Shown here: one piece after another, positions 56,632 to 64,000 of the stretch | Position numbering within the stretch: the first letter of the stretch is position 1 | How the letters are laid out: the number at the start of each line of letters is the position of its first letter | DNA from: Chrysomallon squamiferum | Lineage: Eukaryota; Animalia; Mollusca | DNA length: 64,000 nt | NCBI GenBank assembly: GCA_012295275.1 | Contig: CM022665.1 | Location: forward strand, 40,176,001-40,240,000 | Reading direction: 5' to 3' | Program-made: the position numbers and the translations under genes | Notes under the pieces: model-generated | What the model was told of the DNA's origin: nothing | What the model saw: the letters and a program-made list of their open reading frames with translations, nothing else | Database searches by the model: none

Positions 56632-56756
56632 TTGTTAATAGTAAAGTAATCGTCATGTGTATTTGCTGTCATGTGGATGGAACTGCTACATGTGTAGATG
56701 AACTATCACATTATGCAGGCTGTCACGAAGAAAGAGTAAGGATGGAATATGTGACA
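56632..56756 (+). repeat. Direct dispersed copy of 53236-53402 (gene B 3'UTR) with a 42-bp internal deletion
   Basis: TTGTTAATAGTAAAGTAATC.TCATGTGT.TTTGCTGTC is joined to ATGTGGATGGAACTGCTACATGTGTAGA.GAACTATCACATTATGCAGGCTGTCA.GAAGAAAGAGTAAGGATGGAA.ATGTGACA; only about five mismatches. Confidence 0.92.
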
Positions 56757-57692
56757 TATAACTGTTACAAAAATCTTAAGTGTTACTGTTTTTCAGTATC
56801 AAATTTAACTTTTTAACTATAATTAAAGCGATTTTGTAAAAAAAAGAAAAAAGAAAGCAGAAATTCTCACAAAAATGTAAATAAAAAAAAAAAAGAAAAG
56901 AAAAAAGGTCAGTACACAAGGTTTGTAAATCTGTAACTACAACGGGGTCCATTTGGCACACAAGTAACCACTGGTCAGCGGAACTAGTTTGCTCAGCATA
57001 ACTATTAAAACATGAAAGATCAAGTTCTGGCACAAAATGACATATTCACAGTTTTCTGTTTGGTTTGTTAAGTAGCGGATATGTTGGAGTATTAGAAAAT
57101 CTTATTGGGCACAATCAATTTTTTTTTTTTTTTTTTTTTATCAGTGACATTGCAGCAAATCCTCTAATATTGGAATTGGATGAATATCGTGTCAAATTTA
57201 AATCTTTAAGTCTCAAAGACGTTGAAATATTGACGTCTTTAGTGGCCGTGACACGGAGGCAATCTGTTCCAAAGATAATAAGAAAACACTTTGTAAAACT
57301 AAACTGTTTGGCTATCGACTCTTAGTTATCTGGTAAGGTGCTAAACGGAGAAAAACAAAAGGTTATGAAAAAAAAAGAGAAGAAAGTTAACAGAAATATA
57401 ATAAATTGAAAGTTAAGAGTTAGCTATTGTGAAAGGACGGGCAAAAGGCACAGTTTATGAGGGCACAGGCGTTTTTCGATGTGTTGTATAAGACCAGTGA
57501 GTGAGAAATCTTGCCATACTGTCTATAAGTGCGACAGTTAACAGATGAAACTGATGTTGACAATGTCACTGAGGAATCTGCCAACAAAAAGGAAGAAAAG
57601 TTACTTTGTAGAAAGTTGCAGTTTTCATTTCAGAAATAAAAATGGTCCTAACACTCTTTCTTTTATTTTATATATATATATATATTTTTTTT

Positions 57693-57749
<57 letters not shown>

Positions 57750-59275
57750 AAATTTCTGTCTTTGTCTGTCTGTCTCTCTATCTGTCTTCTTCACTTTCTT
57801 CTCCCTGCGTCATCCAGCACAGAATCTGCATGGTAGAGGTAAAACACTCAAATGATGCTATCGCTCGAAATCACAAAAATCTCGGGCATGTAACCGACCA
57901 ATAAAAGTCAACTCGCCGCCATGACAGTCAGCGTTCGTTGATTACGATGGGTAAACCTCTTTTGATGACTGATAAACTTTGGTAGCAACAGAATTTACGT
58001 CCGTCATCAGTAATCGGAGATGCCAATTTTTCCAAACCGTGGAATGTTTGATGGTCAAGAACAATCAAATTCACAGATTTATTTTGAAAATTCCAGAAGA
58101 TCAAACTTTTAATTGATTCAAGTATTATCTACCATTCGAAGCAACTTCGGAAAATATGTGCAGAGGAGTAAATAAATGCAACGATATTTCTTTGGATTTG
58201 AATCAGAATAGTTATTTGTTTACTTGAAATTACTGCTGACGTTTGAAAGTTCGTAATAGTTAGAGTTTTAATTAGTTCTCATAATTTGAATTGTTAGAAT
58301 ATGATTTTTAAAACATTATTAGCGTATTAAATAAAACTCTTTTCTTTTATATTTTCTTTTGTAAAATGACTGTGAAAAGTTATGAAAAGTTTAAATGGTT
58401 ACACTGATTGCATGTCTCAACATTTCTAGTGTTCTAGATACCTAACTGATTTATATTTTTATTTGTTAGATTTATTTATTTATTTATTTATTTATTATTA
58501 TTATTATTATTAGTAGTAGTAGTAGTAGTAGTATTGTTAAATAGTATCACTGATTTATAGAAACATAACAGTTTTATTATTGGTTATAATTTACTGAAAA
58601 ATTCGTTTTGCTATTTGTTCTGTTATTAAAACGGTTATAAATAATTGTCAAAAAAATTGGATAAACCTAGAGATATTCTTTCTAATTTATCCAATCTACA
58701 TTTTTTTTTTTTTTTTTTTTTTATTAAAATCTGTGATATCAGTTCGAATTGTTCTAAAAACATAAATGCTTAATTCATTCACGTTTTTAATATCATCAAA
58801 AGACGGTTAATTTTTTTTGCATGAATACAGAAACACATTAAAAAAAAAAAAAAAATTCATCTAAATTCATCCAAAATGTTTGCTCTGTTTATTAAACTTT
58901 GCATCGTAGTTGTAAGTTTTAAAACAACAACGACTCACGTTTTATTTCGTATCACTGTCACATGGTTGTATGAAGGCAAAGTCATTATATAGAATCTGCT
59001 CACAAATACGTGAATATTTATCAAAATCTACTGTTGATTTTGAAAGGTACGGATTGACTCACGTTGTATTTTATATTATTAAACGGCTCAAAATAAAACA
59101 TTTCAAAGAATTAAATAAACAGAGACGAATTCTTTCGAATTTACTTAAAATTACTTGTTTGTTTAGAAAAAATCTATTGCTCTGGTTACTGTATAGTATA
59201 AACAAGAGACAGATTTTGATAAATTGATTCTCAAAACAATGTCAGGGGTCGTCTTGTGAAGTAAGTACGTTCAGT

Positions 59276-59361
<86 letters not shown>

Positions 59362-59599
59362 ATTTTGGTATTCGTGTACGAGGTGAGTGTTTCGTGTTTG
59401 AATATGGTGATCAATACGTTAGTTTTTGCAATTTATTTCTTTTCAGTCTTTCTCTTTCAATCTTTCTTTCTTTCTTTCTTTTTTAATATTTATTAATTCA
59501 TACTTTTATTTATTTATATTATTTATTTATTTATTTATTATTATTACTATTATTATTATTTAATTATTATGATTATATTATTATTATTATTATTATTAT

Positions 59600-59650
<51 letters not shown>

Positions 59651-60022
59651 TGGTATTGCTATTATTATTTAAATATTAAAATTATATTATTTTGTAATAG
59701 TTTGAATATTTTAAATCAAACTTGAGAATCTCGTATTATTTGTTGAATTCCTCAAAATTACGAATGTAAAATGCATGTTCCTCATTTTACACTGTAAAAT
59801 GATCAGAGTAAGTCGAAAAAAACTCGATAAAAACATTTATAAAATAAAATAAATTAAAATACAATGCCAAACATCATTAGTGCACAGACACTATTCAAAG
59901 TCACTGAGAACTGTATATTTTGCATATTAACATTTTGTTTCTAATAAATATACCGCTAAAAAACAGCAGCAACAACGACAACAACAACAACAACAAAAAA
60001 CAACAACAAAAAAACAAAAACA

Positions 60023-60056
<34 letters not shown>

Positions 60057-60545
60057 TAAATAATTCCGTTCTCTGTTTTCGGTTCAAAAATAGATTTTTG
60101 TTTTTATTTCATCCCTTTTTCGTGTTTCAAATTCTCGCAGTGCTTGTGAGGGAACCAATATCATCGGCAATGTCCGGCTGCTAGACTGTAATCGAAGAGA
60201 TGCAGCGCCATCGACTACGTAATCCTGTTACAAATGTCGAGTATTGGTGCACACAGACCCGTATGTAAATATTATTCGCCGCCAAATCTGCACCGAAGTG
60301 TAATGTTTTCTAAACATTAGTTTAAGGTTCCAAAAGGCTTTAAGATTAATCACTGTTTACAGTAGGTGACGACTATTTAGACAAATAAATAGCATTATTT
60401 GATATCATTGTACACTGAAAGAAATTTTTATTCTTTTATTGAATTTTTTAATTGTTTTTTTTTAGTTTTTCTTTTTCTTTATTTATTTCTTGGAAAACGA
60501 TGACGAGAAACAACAACAGCAGCAGCAGCAACAACAACAACAACA

Positions 60546-60595
<50 letters not shown>

Positions 60596-61389
60596 TAGAA
60601 AAAGAACTACATCTACCCACAAAAAGCATTCCAACAAACAAAAAAAAAAAAAAAAGGTGACAAATGTAAATAAATAATGATGATAATGATGATGTCAAAT
60701 TCATTAAAAAATGTACTTTAACAAGCCAAATTATTAATAATTTCCTCCATTTTTTTTTGATTTTTTTTTGTAAATATATTATACAAGCAACTGATGTAGT
60801 TGCGTGCTTTAATTAAATTATATTTATTCGTTTTTGAAATTTTTACTATACTTAGAATGAGATACCTGAATATTTGTTCTATGTTTCTGTACAATAAATA
60901 AATACACAATCAATTATAAAGTTTGCCAAATATATATATATATATATATACACACACATACGTAACTCATACATAAGACTGCCATTTATATATTCATATA
61001 TATATATGAAAAATATATATAATAAATAAGCAATAAAAAGAAATAGGTTGAACAAAAACAGAAAACATCGAAACTCCCCGCACGAAATTTAATCTTTTAT
61101 TTTTGAAACCATGCGTTCTCGTCTGCTTTGTTATTTACAAAAGTTTATTTCGAACGTGTGAAAGTATGACAAAGACGTGATCTCTGTTTGCCTTTGTGCA
61201 TGTGTAGAAGAATGGATTGAAACACAGTTACGTTTGTAAGGATGTTAGTTATATATTTGTACATCTCCGAAATCCAAGGATCTGTGTTCGTAATGAGCCG
61301 CTAAGATGTATTTGCGTCTCATGTTAAATTAGAACTGAGTGTAGTGCGTGGGTGCGATAAAACTGATATGCATCAACGCCAACAACAGT

Positions 61390-62120
61390 TTAAAAAGAAA
61401 AAGAAGAAAGAAGAAAGAAGAAAAAGAAAGAGGAGAAAGTGAAGAAATAATAATAATAAGAAAATGAAAGAGGAAGAAAAAGAAAGAAGAAGAAGAAAAG
61501 AAGAAGAAAGTAGAAGAAGACGAAGAAAAATGAAAGAAGAAGAAGAAGAAGAAGAGGAAAACTGAAAGAAAAAGGCAAAAATGAAAGAAGACAAAAGGAA
61601 AGAAGAAGAAAAAATAAGAAAAATGTCAGAAGAATAAAAAAATTTAGAAAAATGACAGAAGAAGAAAAGAAAGAAGACGGTGATGAAGAAGAAAAGTGAA
61701 AGAAGAAGAAAAATGAAAGAAGAAGAAGAAAGTAGGAAAGAAGAAGAAAAATGAAAGAAGAAGAAGAAAGTAGGAAAAAAGAAGAAGAAGAAAAATGAAA
61801 GAAGAAGAAAGTAGGAAAGAAGAAGAAAAATGAAAGAAGTAGAAGAAAGTAGGAAAGAAGAAGAAAGTAGGAATGAAGAAGAAAGTAGGAAAGAAGAAGA
61901 AAGTAGGAATGAAGAAGAAAGTAGGAATGAAGAAGAAAGTAGGAAAGAAGAAGAAAGTAGGAATGAAGAAGAAAGTAGGAATGAAGAAGAAAGTAGGAAA
62001 GAAGAAGAAAGTAGGAAAGAAGAAGAAAGTAGGAATGAAGAAGAAAAATGAAACAAAGAAGAAGAAAAATGAAATAAGAAAGATGAAGGAAGAAGAAGAA
62101 GAAAAACAAGAAAGAAAAAC
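61390..62120. repeat. Purine-rich (GAA)-derived compound satellite with an 18-bp higher-order unit
   Basis: GAAGAAGAAAGTAGGAA(T/A) is repeated about 11-12 times at ~61840-62045, inside ~730 bp of degenerate GAA repeats. Confidence 0.92.
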
Positions 62121-62483
62121 AAACCAAAAATAATCCAAGGCGACAGGAATGAGGACATATATCATTTTCTGAGTCCGTGAGGCAAGAAATAAAACAACAA
62201 AATATGAAAGTTTCATTTATTTGAGCAAGGATTTTCAATAATCCACAAGAAATGTTATTGACTATTTTCGTATTTTGTCACCCCAGTGCAAGGTTGTTTG
62301 GAAAAAGAGACAGCTAAATTTGTCACCTTCTAACGTCTCCTGATAATTAGTTGTTGGCAGAAAGGGCGAAAGATAAGCTCTGACAAAAAACAAAATGAAT
62401 TTTTGTTTTGGTTATTCTTGTTCGGTTTCAGTGTTATGTGTTTAAACTGATTTCTTTATTTGTTTGTTTGTTTGTTTGCGTTT

Positions 62484-62544
<61 letters not shown>

Positions 62545-62598
62545 CTGTGTGGAATTTTGAGTATGTGTTTGTGTAATAATAGTTATTTGGGAAAGTTA

Positions 62599-62699
<101 letters not shown>

Positions 62700-64000
62700 A
62701 CCAAAACAAAAATCCAAGTTAATGGATAAAATAATTTATTTATCAGTTAATTTAGTTTGCATAGTTGCGTCGACATTTTAGAAAAGTAATTAATTATTAC
62801 CGATAAATATATTAAAATATTTTAAACTATTATAAAAAAAAAAATTAATAAATTTTGTAAGTAAACGAAAAATGGGGTAAGTAAATAAGTAAGTAAGTAA
62901 GTAAGTAAGTGAGTAAAATTTAAAATAAGTTAAAACGTATTTCAAACATTCCACTACTAATAACATTTGGTGTGTGTCTCGGGTGGTGGGGGGGGGTAAG
63001 GCATTCCACTCTTTCCATATTTCACCCTTCTTCCCTAGCACATCAATATCGCTCGGCTTAAGCCATGTGACTTAAATAAATAATAATCCCATAGAGATAA
63101 CTCAAACGTGGGTTTAAATCCACGTGCTCTTAGTCCGCGATATCAATCGACATTAAAACAAACGGGACGGATTCCAGGGCCGAGAGGAAAAAATCGATGC
63201 GGATCGGCTTAAAACGTCGTCTGGGAATTAAGCAATAAACATCAAATCTCTTCACAAACATTTAACATGTATAGAATAATTGTAGCATGACGAGGATGGA
63301 TCCAGCCCATCAGAAAGGGTGGTGATCCTTCGCTGTGGTAAGTGTCAGTTTTTCGAGATAAACATAAGTTTTAAGATTAAAAAAGAAAGAAAGAAAGAAA
63401 GAGAGAAATAAAGAAAAATCAGAGATCCGTAAAAATGAAGAGTTCGACCCACCCCCCACCAAAAAAGTTGAGGCCTTCTTGAAACAGGTAATGATAATAA
63501 TGGCTCTCAGTGTTTGTCAAGAAAGAAACTCCTTTTTTTAAATTGCCAGGTTTTAAACGGTGGACAGAATTTGTTACAAAAAAAACAAAGATACAAAAAC
63601 CTATAATTGCATAATAAAACCACTTTCATTAATAAAATGAATATATTACATTGTCGTGTCTCCTGTTAAATCGAATGTTGGATAAATCAAATTCGTTGTA
63701 AAGGAAAAGCCTGCTTATTTGGGACATCCGAAACATTAATATTCCATCAGGTTTCGATGATTTGGGATATGTAAAACTTTAAAGTTTCATACTGCAAAAC
63801 GTTAAATAAAGGTAATAGTTACATAATAAACTAAGAAGGACACCTATAGCTTTGAATTTGCTATGAAGTGATTTTCATAGACAATATAGATAACCACATT
63901 TTAAAACAGGCAAAAGGAAAAGCTCTCTTTTTTCTCTCTCTCTTTTTATTTCTCTTTTAATTTTTCTGGTTGGTAAATAAAAATGATAATACATGTACCG

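Noticed and set aside
61373-62238. Long ORFs of 190-282 aa (F/L/S-rich) and the plus-strand EEESRK / KKKVG ORFs
   Set aside because: They are translations of the GAA satellite, open in several frames at once, with no splice or domain support.

Overview
Eukaryotic (animal) genomic DNA. It is AT-rich, intron-rich and dense in microsatellites. The repeat content resembles a mollusc or other lophotrochozoan, but the taxon is only an inference. Most ORF-track entries are artefacts of simple repeats. Assembling exons by hand gives five genes. (1) GTF2E1/TFIIE-alpha on the minus strand, whose 3' part runs off the left edge, with a decayed ZNF862-like hAT transposon in an intron. (2) A complete 6-exon DTD1 (D-aminoacyl-tRNA deacylase, 179 aa, minus strand) that is entirely missing from the ORF track. 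(3) CFAP70/TTC18 on the plus strand, with 28 core coding exons (~1140 aa), head-to-head with DTD1 across a short promoter carrying an RFX X-box. (4,5) Two tandem 3-exon PMP22/EMP/claudin-family tetraspan genes on the minus strand. Points worth a second look: a single apparent +1 frameshift in CFAP70 at ~31882-31887; an orphan plus-strand ATG exon encoding a presequence-like peptide that is in frame with CFAP70 and would nest DTD1 in its intron; clusters of frame-preserving micro/cassette exon candidates in CFAP70 linkers; and a microhomology-deleted copy of a claudin-like 3'UTR upstream of the same gene. No prokaryote-type system (CRISPR, operon) is present, and nothing here is proven novel.
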